A DNA stretch of 64,000 nt from Azolla caroliniana (Eukaryota; Plantae; Polypodiophyta), in contig JBHGNT010000010.1 in the NCBI GenBank assembly GCA_043228905.1, forward strand, positions 5,146,001 to 5,210,000, read 5' to 3'. Positions 9,761 to 22,649 of the stretch are shown piece after piece; within the stretch, counting starts at the first letter, position 1; the number at the start of each line of letters is the position of its first letter. The notes below the pieces were generated by a model, which was not told where the DNA came from, ran no database searches, and saw nothing but the letters and a program-made list of their open reading frames with translations. The translations under genes were made by a program, and so were the position numbers.

Positions 9761-10230
9761 AGAGAGAGAGCAGAGCACAGAGAGAGAGAGAGAGAGAGAG
9801 AAGGAGATTCTAGTTCAAATCAAAATAAAGGCAGACACATGGAGAGCGCGGCCATGGCAGAGCAGAACAGAGCATGGACATGGACATGGGCATGGAACAG
9901 AGCATGGACATGTCACATGTCACATGGAAATGGAACAGGGCACGGGCACGGGCACGGGCACGGGCACGGACACGGACACGTGTAAACCCTCCCAAACACA
10001 TCTGGTTGCATCCCACGAACTGGGCAAAGCACAACACTCGAAAGGATATGGACATGGACGCGGACGCGGACATTGACACGTGTAAACCCTCCCAAACACA
10101 ACACTTTGCATCCCCACGAGCTGGGCAAAGCACACTCAAAAGGCTCTCGCTCACCACATCGTGGCGCGGTGCGATCGATCCCTCGTTGCTCACACTTCGA
10201 TCCCTCGTTGCTCACACTTCGATCCCTCGG
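9761..10230. repeat. Complex low-complexity/minisatellite block: (AG)n, (catgga)n, (gggcac)n, two ~70-bp copies and 22-bp tandem repeats
   Basis: gacacgtgtaaaccctcccaaacaca...ctgggcaaagcaca at ~9975 and ~10075; cgatccctcgttgctcacactt x2.4 at ~10176-10228. Confidence 0.85.
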
Positions 10231-11458
10231 CATAGAAAGTGTGTCCATTCCGACACCTTTAAGAGCACATGTCTAGCCCTTGCCACCTTTTAATCAATAA
10301 AAAGGATTGATGTTGTAAAGGATAGCCAACTGTTTCTGGACGTGATTGTTCATCTTCTAGCATATCAGCCTCCATAGAATATGCCTCTAAACAATCAGCC
10401 AATCATTCGTGAATATCATCCCAAATGGTGCCAAACATATTGAGAGAGATTGGCATGTCGACTTACACTCTCCATGATAGTTCACATCGGACCCGAGAAG
10501 GAAGTAAAATGATTCAAACATCAACCTATTATAAAATGTTAATCCAATATAACATTTTGCCAAACATGTGAGATGCATAAAATCCATGAAAGAACATGCG
10601 GGATCAATTGTAAGGGTAATCCAAGTTGTGATTTGAATGGAATAAATATATGAGATTATTGATGAATGTGATGAACGCGACCTTGAAGTGCATGTATGTA
10701 GTAATGTATCATGGATCAACTATAACTCAACATCCATGGGGTAAATTTCAAGGAGTTTATTGCATATCGGCAAATGTTGTTGCATACTGTCTATAAATGA
10801 AGGCATGCGAAATACCATATTGCCTAAGTTATCGCGAGTCAAAGCTGCTTCATGGATCATGGATGTGCCACGTGATTGCACTGGACACTATCCATTGCTT
10901 TTACCTAAGAACTCGTGGTCGACAAAATATACCGAAAAGATGCATGTCAACTATTGATCCTTGTGATGCTTGATTTGTATATTGAAAGGTCCATGAGGAT
11001 ATTATATGTCTATGCATACCCCAAACATAACTTTTATAGTGAGCACCTCTGAACCATTGAATGAGTCTAACAAAGGCACCATGTAGTGATGTAAACAATG
11101 GTAGAAAATGTATCATGTCTTTATGTAGTTGTCTAAAAATGAATCATGATAAGATAGAACCATATATGATATATTTCGACAGAATCTGCGAAGAAAAGAG
11201 CTAAGTGTCCAACATATCTTTTGGGCATGAATACAGTGTTGGGAAACTTAATAGCAAACTCATGCCAAGAACTAGTTTACAAGTAACCAACTCTTGCAAA
11301 TGCACCAAATAGTGATGCAACCAAATCTTACAAAAGCTTGTGTCTTGGGAAGAGCCATAAGATGGAATCGTTTTCATTATACCTTGTTGAGATGCATATA
11401 GAGTATGCAACATGTCCTAAGAAATGGAGAAGAATAAAGAGTTTGGCAAATCGTTAAT

Positions 11459-11471
11459 ACACACACACACA

Positions 11472-11521
<50 letters not shown>
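11459..11521. repeat. (AC)n(TC)n compound microsatellite
   Basis: Directly visible. Confidence 0.95.
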
Positions 11522-11523
<2 letters not shown>

Positions 11524-11529
11524 ATAATT

Positions 11530-11875
11530 ACCTTACCCTAGTGATAAGTTGTTACACTACAAGCACTACGTCTTGGGTTCGAAACCAAATTTCTCAGCTC
11601 TCTATTCGATACTATTTACATATCTCTTCAATTACTAGATGCTTATTTTTTGTTATAATTAACTTACCCTAGTGGTAAATTGTTACACTACGTCTTGGGT
11701 TCAAAATCTAATTTTCTCACCTCTTTATTAGATACTTCTTACATATCTCTTAATTCACTACATGCCACTATGAAATGTAGGGGTAATCTTGGATTTGAAA
11801 CCCAAATTTCTCATCTCTTTATTACTCCATATATATCTCTTATTTTACTAGATGCCACTATGGAATGTAGGGGTC
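11530..11875 (+). repeat. Three diverged ~100-130-bp tandem units with A/B-box-like motifs (possible SINE relic)
   Basis: ttaccctagtgRtaa...tcttgggttcgaaacc...atttctca...catatctctt...tagatgc repeated. Confidence 0.5.
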
Positions 11876-12215
11876 AACCCATGACCACATGGTCTCCATT
11901 GGGCAACCTTACCAACTCCATAGATATCTCTTACCGATGCAAAGTGCCCTATGGTTACATTTATGTAGTAGCAGAGAGCTTATCTAAAGGTTGTTGGTTA
12001 AGCACCCATTGGTAAATGGATCATAATATCTTTCAAGTGACGTGGAAACTAACCAAGATGGCCATTCTTATCCACCCTAGTCGACTATCCATAGGCATGC
12101 ATGCCAATGGGGGATTGCGGAGATGAGTCTTTGGGAATGAAATGATCATACTCTAACTTGATTTAGTCCATGAAAATTTTCACTTCACACAGTTTTGAGG
12201 ATATAGTACTACATG

Positions 12216-12533
12216 TAAGAATCGACAACGGTTCAAATTTGGGTTAATCGGATTGTCCTTGTCCAAACCAAACTAGTTAAGCCTTAACCGGTTTGGGAGT
12301 TTCCAAACTTGAACCAAACCAGTTTAGGATTTGGTTTAGCCAAGCTGATAAGGTTTGACCAGTTTGGAAACCAGTTTGGCCCAAATCAGTTCAGTTCAAC
12401 TTGAGCCATCCCAAAACGAGCTCAAACCGGTTAAGGAAGCTCAAGCCCAAAATGAATCGAACCGAACCACCAAACCGTTTAAAAAAGGGTTACGGTTCGG
12501 TTCAGGCTTAAGTTGAGTTGTTGTCGATTCCTA
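12216..12533. mobile_element. hAT-type MITE
   Basis: 14-bp TIRs taagaatcgacaac / gttgtcgattccta (13/14), 8-bp flanks actacatg / actttatg (6/8), interior rich in aaccg/cggtt subterminal motifs. Confidence 0.75.
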
Positions 12534-14540
12534 ACTTTATGTGGATGATGAAGTTCTCTTCTCATGTTGGATGGTGCACAACAATATACAGGGACTCTCA
12601 AGTCATTTTGTGATCACAATGGTTAGGTGTTTACCTTCCAAAAGATCAAGATCATGCTTCTCTAAGATAATATAGTAAAAGAAGCCTCTCATTACTTACA
12701 AATTACAATAATGCACCCTCAATGTTGCTTGGAGCTTTAAACGCCTCGTGCTTGAAGTCCTTCTTAATTACAACTAATCAAGGAAAAGGGCTTTATAAAG
12801 TATATTGTATTTGAAATATGTGAGTTGTGGTTGGGAAAAACTTTATAAAGTATCTCAATGAGATTGCAAAAGTATAGGGGAAAAACACAATATGGTGTAG
12901 CAATAAATCTTAGGTTTTACAACTATAGGATCGTGAGTGGAAGCTTGACACAATGGCCCTTAATTGTAGTTGCATTATTCGTTGTAGATTTGAGAGTTGA
13001 GACCATAAACACAAAAGGCGATGTTTTTAAAATTGCATTTGTTGTAAGTATAATTACAATTAACGTTTTCAATTTGAGTTTAGACATTGCCATAAATAAC
13101 ATCGAATCTTTTTAATTCGAGATCATATAATTCATTGTGAACAACAACACATTAATATACACTAACTTTTCTCTGTAAAGGGTGGGAATTTCATTTTTCA
13201 CAATCAACTTGTTGAAAGCGTAACAATGGCTTTGTCGCAATGGCAATGCGGACAAAATAGACGGGCTCTGCATGTCAATGTACAATCATGTCTAACAAGC
13301 ATCAAGACATCAAGAGTAGTATTATATTTCTAGACCCAAAAACATGCAAGTGGATATTCCATAGGGTATACATCCAATATTTAAATCTCAAAGACGAAAC
13401 AAAAAAAGAGAAGATAGAACCCAACAAGCTCTGACATGTTTTTAAAAAAATAATATAAAAAACGAGGATGTTTTGTACAAAGAAAAGCTCATGTATCGAA
13501 TACCCTTGACAAAATGTAGAACTCAACCTCACTCTGAATTGTGTAAGAGGAGCGTATTTGGTAATACCAGTTCCACACAAATATAGCTCTATTTTCCTTT
13601 GCTTTACATAAGGCATGAAAAGTGCAAACTTATTGGGAGGTGTTTTGTTATTTTTTCCCTCATGTTTTAAAATGCCTCTAAGAAAAGTGATGTTATTTTG
13701 CTTACAGAAATATGCCTTTTGTGTCTATCATGCAAATATGGCTGATTCATTCATTCATAAAGACACATAGTTTCTAATGGCAAAATATGCACTCTGGTGT
13801 GGTCAACTAGCATCACGGTCCACATTATTGGTTAGTGCATATTGAGGTTTGATTTGTCTTAGGTATAACTCAATGTAACCTAATATATATGTATTAAAAA
13901 ATGTCGAAGAAGGTTGCATAGAGTGTTCATATGTCAGTGTTGAAATATAACAACTATAACACAAAAGACGGGTCATTTTCTGAATGACAAAAGTTATGAT
14001 ATTTTCAACTTGTACAATGTTTGCATATTTGAGAAACATAAGCAATAGATAAAAAGAGATCTATCTCTATATATAAGCTGATCGAAATCTGTGTTGCATA
14101 ATGACATGATACCATTTATATTATCAGATGACCATATTTAAAAGAAGAAAAACAATTTTTCAAAATGAAGTTCATAAATGAATAGAAAGAAACACTCTTA
14201 AACATTGAACCATCTTTTTCTTTTTTCCCCTCTCGCTATGACAATGAAATCATTACAATAATTGAAAAGATGAAACTTTGGTTTTGGCATGTGGTTTCCT
14301 TGGACTTTTTTTGGTCAGTTGAAAGTAGGAATTTCTTTCCTTTTTTTATGTTTGAGTATCCATGTTGACATTGTTGTCTTGATCTGGTAGCTCAGGTCAT
14401 CACCTTGTAAGACAAAAGGGTTGCTTCAAGAGCCAATCAACCCCCCATTACAAGAAAGGCAAAACAATATCTAAGTTGCCCTTAATCATTCAATGGCTCT
14501 TACTGTAAAGCAGACAAAAATGAACGGAGATACTTGCATC

Positions 14541-17500
14541 TCATTTTTTGTCAAGAAATTCTAAACCTTTTGCACTCGGCACAAGGTTTAGTTTTGCAAG
14601 ATATTCAGTGTTGTAGAACTTGCTAAGATGCCGCAATCCACTATCACAAAGAATTGTTACAATGGTGTGTCCAGGTCCTAACATCTGAGCAACATGATAT
14701 GCACCCACGCAATTCATTGCAGATGAGCTCCCAAGAAATAGTCCCTCGTTCTTCATCAGATACCTGAACAGTAAAACAATTATGCCCTGTGTTAGACATC
14801 CTTTTTACACTGTACGGTGTTAGTGTTGCACAAAGTATTTGTAGAATATATTGTATCCAGAGAAGTCATTACAGCAAATCAAAGATGACACAACACTTAA
14901 GATGTAATCACTTGTTTGGTCTTATTGACCATTTTGGCCCATTTTGGTCTTAGTAGTAAAGCACATTCAACAAAGTTTAGAAAAACAATTCCCCTATTTA
15001 TAGAAAAAACATGCACCTACCCCATTCATCTATTCTTAGAAAATAAATTAATTTGGAGAAGAAAAGAAACTATGGATTCAGCCTTTTTCAATTTACTAAT
15101 CTATAGAATTACTTACTAGAAAACATTTACTCCACCTTTTTATCTGTACTAAACAATAGATTTACTTGCTAGCTTCACTTTTTTATCCTTACATTCAGCC
15201 CGAACAGAAACTATTTAAACTTGGGGACCTTAAAGCAATAGGTTGCAATTCAGCAGTTACAAAAACAATTCCGACTTGTGAATTTTCATGAAACAGATAG
15301 ACGCCACTACATCAAAATATAATAGAGCTCAAAATTAAAGGTAGCAGATGTAAGATTCTGAGAGGACCTTGACATTTCCACAGCTTCCCGGTCAGTCCCT
15401 TGAAAAGCTCCATCTAATTGAGCAAGCTTGAAATTCTCAGTCAGTCGATTTATTCCAATGCCCTCCGTGACTGTATCAAAGGGGTTTTTCAATCTCTTCC
15501 CTTCAGCTTCTTCACGCGCATACATAACTCCCCGTGTAACACGATTAAACAAGGCTGAACCAGGAGGGTCTATTAAGAAACACTTTATGTCTTTATCTTT
15601 CTCCTGTCTTAACACAACAAATTTGTCAGAACTTTCAGAGCACAGGGTATCCCTCAGTCTTCAACAGTTTACTACCCTACAAATGAAGTATTTTTGGAAT
15701 AGCTAGGCCTATTAGCACAAACATCCCAAATGTTGGGAATCGTTTAGTATTTTTCCCTTACTATAAATTTGCACTTGCAAAATTTAAAAATCTCCTGTCA
15801 ATTGTAACCTTATCGCGGAAAACCTGGAACTTCAAGAATTTCTAGATGAAAAACATTCCAAATTTGACAAAGTTTTCCTTACAGACAATTTTCCAGTTAA
15901 GACATATTTTGGTATTTTTTCCTTATTTTGAAATCGCCATATTTGAAAATTACCTTTGAATTGTAGCCTTAATATGGAATAACCTGGAATTTCCAAGATT
16001 TTCTAGAAGGAAACTTTCAAATTTCGATGAAAATTTCCAAATTAAATGATGGTTTTCAACTTTTTGCAAGATGGGAAACCAAAGAGAAATACATCAACAA
16101 AATTAACCTTTAAAAATCGAGACACACCAGCTATTGTACCCCCGGTACCAGCTGCGGCAACAAATGCATCAAGTTTGCCACCTGTTTGTGCCCAAATCTC
16201 TGGTCCAGTCCCGTAATAATGAGCTCTAAAATTTGCTAGATTCTCAAATTGGTCGGCAAAAAAGCCCCCTTTGCATGTATCTTGTTCATGTAGTGAAGAT
16301 TCAGGGTTTTCCTTCAAATAATTATGTACAGGCTTATCTGAATTGAGCTCCAAATTAAATGAAGAAAATTCATACTTTAACTCGTTTCCACTATTTAGAG
16401 GCATGGCCTTTTTATAAGAAGCTTCTGCAGATGCTGCTTTTCTTCTTGCAATATTTACAAAATGATCCTTGTGAGAAATAGAGACTGGTCTAACTCTCTC
16501 TACAATGGCACCAAGAGCTTCCAGAATCTGTGCCTGAGGAATAGAGATGCAATGTTAGGCTCTCAATACTTGTAATAAAATATTATTTTGTAGCAAGAGT
16601 TAAATGCTCCAAGAAGTGAAAATTATGTATTTCTTCATGAGAAAAGTACAGCCGTTTGAACTTTTTTCTTTGTGATATGTATTATTTCATCAAACTATAA
16701 AATTTCCACTTTCACAAGGATATCCATGTTTCCCTTGTTTTTCAAATTTGAGCTTTAATATTGCATCAACTTGAACCTCAGGACTCTTAACCAATTACAT
16801 TAGGGTTCAAATAGTAGGCTCACATCTACATATTGATAAGTCTGACTCCAAAAATTTTATTCTGAGGTTTTAGCAAAAAACACCCTAGCTTCAACTTGAT
16901 TATCTCTTCATTATGATATAAAGAGGTAAATATTAACTCGCAAACAATAAATATCACTGCATTTTCAAGACTGAATTATAAAAGCATAATCTGACCCTTG
17001 GCGCTCAACATTTATGCTGATTAACACCTATTGCAAGCATTATTCTCCACCTATAAACTATTTGATATTCAATAAACCACAACACCCACATAAACATTAC
17101 AATATATGTGCAGCAGAAACAAAAAATTATTGAGGATACTAAGAAAGGGGGAACCTTCTCAATGGCTGCATCATCTGGAATAACTACATGACACTGACAG
17201 CCATATGCCGCAGCAACTGTTGCAATACTGATTGCAGTACTTCCTGCACTTCCCTCTGTTATGATACCTCCAACACGAAGCTTCCCAGATTCCATTGCCT
17301 ATAAATAAATTTTGAACACATTTCTCACTCTGGACCTTCACCTACAATTTCTTCTCCTACCTATCTATTTATCTATCAACATCTTAATCTACAGATACAT
17401 CACACGGTCTCCATCTCGTCATTTCTTCCATAGTAGTGATCAGCAATAACTCAATACTACATACTTGACCTCTATACACCCATTACTTTTCTTCCATCTA

Positions 17501-18395
17501 TCTACCTATCCCCATGCATGCATCCATCTATCTATCCATCCATATATTCATACATACAAAGACTCCATCCACCTAGTCTTCTCTTCTGCTTCAAATCCTA
17601 TCTATCTATCTATCCATCTATAAATCTATCAATCAGTACCACAAAAATATATCTCCTACCTCTTCAATTATCCGGACAGCTACTCTGTCTTTGATGCTCC
17701 CGCCAGGACTAAGAAACTCTGCTTTTCCCAGAATCTGAAAATCCAAGTTATCTTTCCAAATCTCATCAAATGTGGCAAAGAGGAATTTTGAATTGTTACC
17801 AAAAACGCCAACAAAGAGCCAGAAATATTTTGAATTACATATGGAAATGGTCACAAAGCTTTTGAATTACTAGTTGTAATTGACGCTAGCCTATTAATTT
17901 ACTAAAGAAAAATGTCACAAAGCTTTTGAGCTACCAGCCTTGGAGCGAAATGCTAAAAATGCAGTGCCACTAAACTTTTGCGTAACAAAAAAGAAAATAT
18001 GACGGAAGAAGCACAAAGCTTTCGAATTACCAAACGAAATGTCAACCAACTGCCACAAAAGAAAAAAAAAAAAAAAAAAATCGAAAAAAGGAAAAGAAAA
18101 CCCATTCTGCAGTTTCCCGTTTAGTCTTTTTTTCTACCTCACATCCAGTTGCGAGGGACAAGCTATCGATTCTTATCAGAGGAGTGTTTCCGATGGCTTC
18201 TAAGACGCCGCCTCTGTTCTTCTTCGTTCTCCGTTTCGCTACTGCTCTGCTTTTTCCTCTTCTTCTTGTGGCTAGGGACGCGAGGGAGAAACATCCATAG
18301 GTCGCAAAAACAGAGGCAGCAAGACCTGCAGCAACCAAGAGGGAGAGGGAGAGGGAGAGAGAGAGGGGAAGGAGGCCTACTCTGTTTTCCTTCAT
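14541..18395 (-). CDS. Cysteine synthase / O-acetylserine(thiol)lyase-like PLP enzyme (fungal Mcy1/Cys12-like subgroup), ~453 aa, 6 exons
   Basis: Exons 18138-18395, 17660-17734, 17155-17298, 16108-16533, 15368-15603, 14541-14763; all GT-AG and phase-consistent (1362 nt). Motifs IGNTPL, PGGSIKDR (PLP lysine), EGSAGST, GTGPEIW, AGTGGT, EGIG, GSSS, ILCDSG. Hydrophobic N-terminal segment. An in-frame upstream ATG at 18527 is an alternative start. Confidence 0.93.
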
Positions 18396-18905
18396 TCTCT
18401 CTGTTCTCCTTCTCCTTTTCCTTCTTCTTCTTCTGCTTCTTCTTCTTCTTTCTTCTTCTTCTCCTTCTTTTGTGGTTTGTGGAAACCATTTAAACCGATC
18501 TCTGTCTATTTGGGCATTTTGTGTCATGAAATCTCTCTATTTTGGTGTAAACACAACCAGATAAGGCAAAACCCCAAATTAAAACTCTCCAAATGAAGAC
18601 CTATACAACAAGTCGCAATTTAAAGTGCCCAAATTGCGTTTCAAGAATTACCACCATCCGTAATCAGAGTTGTGTGTTTTCCATTCTTGTTCAGCCTTAA
18701 ATGATAGCCATTGAAGAGACTAAACGAAGCCATGATACAAGAGATTTTAGTAGTCACTTGTAAAAGCGGCATTTGACCTTGTAGAAGACAATCAACCCAT
18801 GGCTGCTCTTCTATTTGTAGAGGTAAAGGGCCTTGCATCAAACTTATATTTTGTCTTCGTTCATAAATAAACTCATGATTGGGCAAGATGCTTAATAATC
18901 GTCAC

Positions 18906-20121
18906 TATTAGAGACATGAACTAATGTAAGCATTAGATAAGGATAGAATATAGATCTAGATAGAAAGGAGATAGAGAAAGAAGGGTGTCGATCCACCCGA
19001 CCACCCCCGAGCGAAGGGATCGACTTAAGAGATAAGGAGGTATACTTATTAGTGCAACGTCAGGTACAATATCTATATGATGGTCTATATTACGTTTAGG
19101 AGGTAACCCATCTGGTAGTTCACTCGGAAAAACATCACGAAAATCATTTAAGATTCCATCAAGTTGTTGTTGTTCAAAATATGGTAATTGAACCGAGACA
19201 TTGTCGATATTATAAACGTGAATGTCCGGATCAAGTACACAATAAAATAGAGTAGAACAAGACAACTCGGACATTGATGGAGAGGAAACAATCGAGAGTG
19301 ATTGTTTTTTTACACATTGAATAAAATGAGTACAATCGTTCAGTACAAATGTAATTGAATGATGAACCCAATCAATAGATAAAGAAGAGTTTTTATTATA
19401 GAACCAAGGATAACCCAGTATTACATCAGTGGTACAAAGATTCATCACATGGAAGTCTACTTCCTCTATATAAGTGTCAATAGAAATTCCTAATGAATGA
19501 ATCGCCCCGTTGATGTATTGTACTCTTCCATCAGCCAAGTGCACCGTATAGGTGTGATCACTTATGGTGGGTTGGATTCCCCATATCTGAACCAAACGAT
19601 CATTCACAAAGTTGTGTGAGCTTCCCGAATCAAACAAAAATTGTACGGGTGATCCATTGATATACCCGTTTGCACGTAGTAAATCATTGGGACCTAATAC
19701 ATAGTGAGGGAAAGAACATTGACAATTACTTAAATGATGTGTATAGACCTGAAGGACATTAGGAATCTAACCTTTATGGTCTGCAGCTTTAGCTTTGCTG
19801 TCGTGCACTTTCCGTTGGAGTTTTCGACATTGCTCTTTTGTATGACCCTTCTTTTTGCAGAATACGCAAAAAGGATGTTGTCGCTTACAATCGCAATCCA
19901 TGAATTCGTTGGGTGTCTTGCATTTCCCAACGAATTGCGACTGCTTAGTCCCGGGCGCTTCGTTGGGTTTGTTGTGGTCCTTCTTCGAAGTGCGTTGATA
20001 GCGAAGAACTATTTCAACGGCCCCTTCTTTACACTCTCGTTTAACCCTCACACTTATCCACGTGTATAGAATACTACGGTAAATTCTCACCACGGGATAT
20101 TATATGGTCATGCCCGTAACA
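18906..20121 (-). mobile_element. Internally deleted chromovirus derivative (LTR end + gag C-terminus/protease + LTR start)
   Basis: 5-bp TSD gtcac (18901-18905, 20122-20126); ends match the LTR of the element at 36388-43405; 19024-20020 matches its 39577-40577 region (FDSGSSHNF protease, CCHC knuckle). Confidence 0.92.
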
Positions 20122-20126
20122 GTCAC

Positions 20127-21834
20127 ACTTCAACAAACTCTAAAATTCTTTGAGATTGAGCATCAAATATATCTCCCACCTCTTTGACTCCCAAATGAAA
20201 CAATTGATTAAAGTGAGAGTATAATATCTCTTGTCCAGGCCAATATAATAGCCAAGAAGACACAAGTAGATATTTTTGCAAAGAATTACAATGCCTTCTA
20301 TTAAATTATGGTTTCCATACAAATAATGTGAGCGCTTCATGCCATGATCGCTTCTCGTTGCGAGATGGTTCCACGCAACCCATGTGATTCCCATCTTATT
20401 CCTCTTTCTCCACCACAAATATCAAAGAGGTTGCAAAATGGAATACAAAGCTTTATTTGCCTTTAGCAACAATGGCAAGTAATATATTGTACAACCTTTA
20501 AGCATATGTGAAATAGCAAAGTTTGTGACTTCCAATACATTAACTTATCCCTTCACTCGTTAGACGTTAATTCAATCAATTGACCATTTGTGACATCCAT
20601 TCCCAATGGATACCCCAAGTGCAAAAAAAAAGAGCCTTGATGATGGATCCCGTGAGGGCAATATCTGTGTAATTCCCTAGTAAGCATTACTTAGGACACC
20701 ACATCTTGTCCTAATAAAAATATGAGGCGAGACATACGTGGTCCAAAGCTCGTTTTATGTATTAACATGATCATACCATCTCTCCAAATCTAATTGTACC
20801 ATAATAATTCTTGATGAGTGTGTCAATTCTAATTCATGGCCATTTGAAATCTAACATATTATGCAATCTATTCTTACCTTTAATGAAATCGTATTGGGTG
20901 GGGTGTATCAACTATTACAAATATTGTTGAACTATTTGCCAAGTCCCAATTTGTAAATATCTTACACAAACCCCCATCAAAGCAATAGGTTGTCATTAAT
21001 GAAATGACTCGAGTGATGTCACATAAATAACTAATTTAATGTGACCAACCTTCCATGCTTGAGGCGCACAACCAGAATCCCAACAAAGTTGAAACATTAA
21101 AGCTAGGAACCCATTTAAAATGTTGGAATAACGCTTAAAAACTTCATTTGTCAAGCCATCCCAACCAATGCTCTTACCATTAGGAAGATGCCTTAAAACT
21201 ATGCCTATATCATCCTTTGTAAAATTTGTATCCAATTCATGACTAAAGAGGTCATGCATACGTCCGACCACATCATAAAATTCAACGTGGCTTTAATCAC
21301 CTCATTTTCATAAACAATTGTGGGTCAATCAACTCCCTAAAGTGAACACATATTGAAATTATTGCAATAGGATCCACTATAAATTCATCCCCTTACTTCC
21401 CATGTACTACATTAGATCGAGTATAAGCAAGATGTAGTGCATGAAGAAACAAATGAGATTGACACTTATTTCTATTAGCCCATCCTTGAGGTGTCACATA
21501 GCATAATGATAACTTTAACATTGCCACCAAGAAATAGTGGCTTGCAAATATTGATTATGAATATCCAAAATCTCCTCATCTAATGGGTCATATATCAATA
21601 ATACAATACACCTAGATAGAACTTGTGGGAATCATTGAAGAAGACATTGTTGCCGTTGGGCATTAGTTAACGCATACATAAGATGAATTATCTTAATGTT
21701 TCATAAACCTGCATCTCATGCTCTTATTGCTTTATTATCCACTTCTGAAAGTTCGCCAAAATTTGCTCCATGTGATAATCAAAGTGAGGTTGAAACAAAA
21801 GAGAATAGTTAACACATTGCATGATTGCGAACCT
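20127..21834 (-). mobile_element. Decayed LINE (L1-like) ORF2, 3' part (RT region)
   Basis: LRHLPNGKSIGWDGLTNEVFK...LALMFQLCWDSG...WKVGHIKLV is the non-LTR RT N-terminal motif; many stops. Confidence 0.8.
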
Positions 21835-21839
21835 CAAAA

Positions 21840-22102
21840 TGTCGAGAACTATCCGTCCCCTATGCACAACGCTCGGCCACAACTGAGCTTAGAATCATAC
21901 ACAAAAAATGGGAATGAATGCATGACATAGTGAAGAGAAGAGTACACAGGATGTTTACGTGGAAAACCCAAACTAGGGAAAAACCACGACAGCCCACAGG
22001 CTGCAAACTATCACTATGTTACAGTGTACAACACGCCGAGGCAACAACCTCGAGCTTTCTATCTTCGCCACAGGCGGCGGTTACAACAGAGGCAACAACC
22101 TC

Positions 22103-22144
<42 letters not shown>

Positions 22145-22607
22145 CACAGTTACGTGCTCTGATCTCTTGCACCAACAAGAATGACAACAACTATTCTATA
22201 TAAAAGTTTGCCCTAAGTCATATTTATACTAATATGACTTTTCGGCTATTTACAAATATAGCCTCGATGGACTCTCAGAAACATATTTACGAATATGTCT
22301 CTTCATCCGGTGAGCACTCCTCACCGGGTCTTCACCATCCGGCTCTCCATAGCTGGGTACTCCTCATCCGGTTCTCACCGGGTCTGCACCATCCGGCTCT
22401 TTGTAGCCGGGTACTCCTCATCCGGTTCTCACCGGGTCTGCACCATCCGGCTCTTCGTAGCCGGGTACTCCTCATTCGGTTCTCACCGGGTCTGCACCAT
22501 CCGGCTCTCCGAAGCCGGGTACTCCTCATCTGGTTTCGGCCTCAGCTGAGTTTGCTCATCATCACTGTTCTTCTCCCTTCCCATCCGGAGGGACTTATCT
22601 CCCAACA
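21840..22607 (-). repeat. 3' LTR of Copia A, with four 54-bp tandem repeats (~22318-22535) and (CT)n
   Basis: Direct repeat of 27332-28095. Confidence 0.93.
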
Positions 22608-22649
22608 AACTCCCCCTTCACTCCGGCATGGGGTGTCTTACTAGTCCGA

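Noticed and set aside
12850-14500. Short ORFs in AT-rich DNA downstream of the cysteine synthase gene
   Set aside because: No recognisable motifs or splice-consistent structure
18149-18493. Overlapping Arg/Lys- or Phe-rich ORFs
   Set aside because: Translations of (CTT)n and (GA)n simple repeats around exon 1 of the cysteine synthase gene
22234-22644. Repetitive ORFs (FSPGLHHPALRSRVLLIR)n, also at 27722-28213
   Set aside because: A by-product of the 54-bp (multiple of 3) LTR repeats
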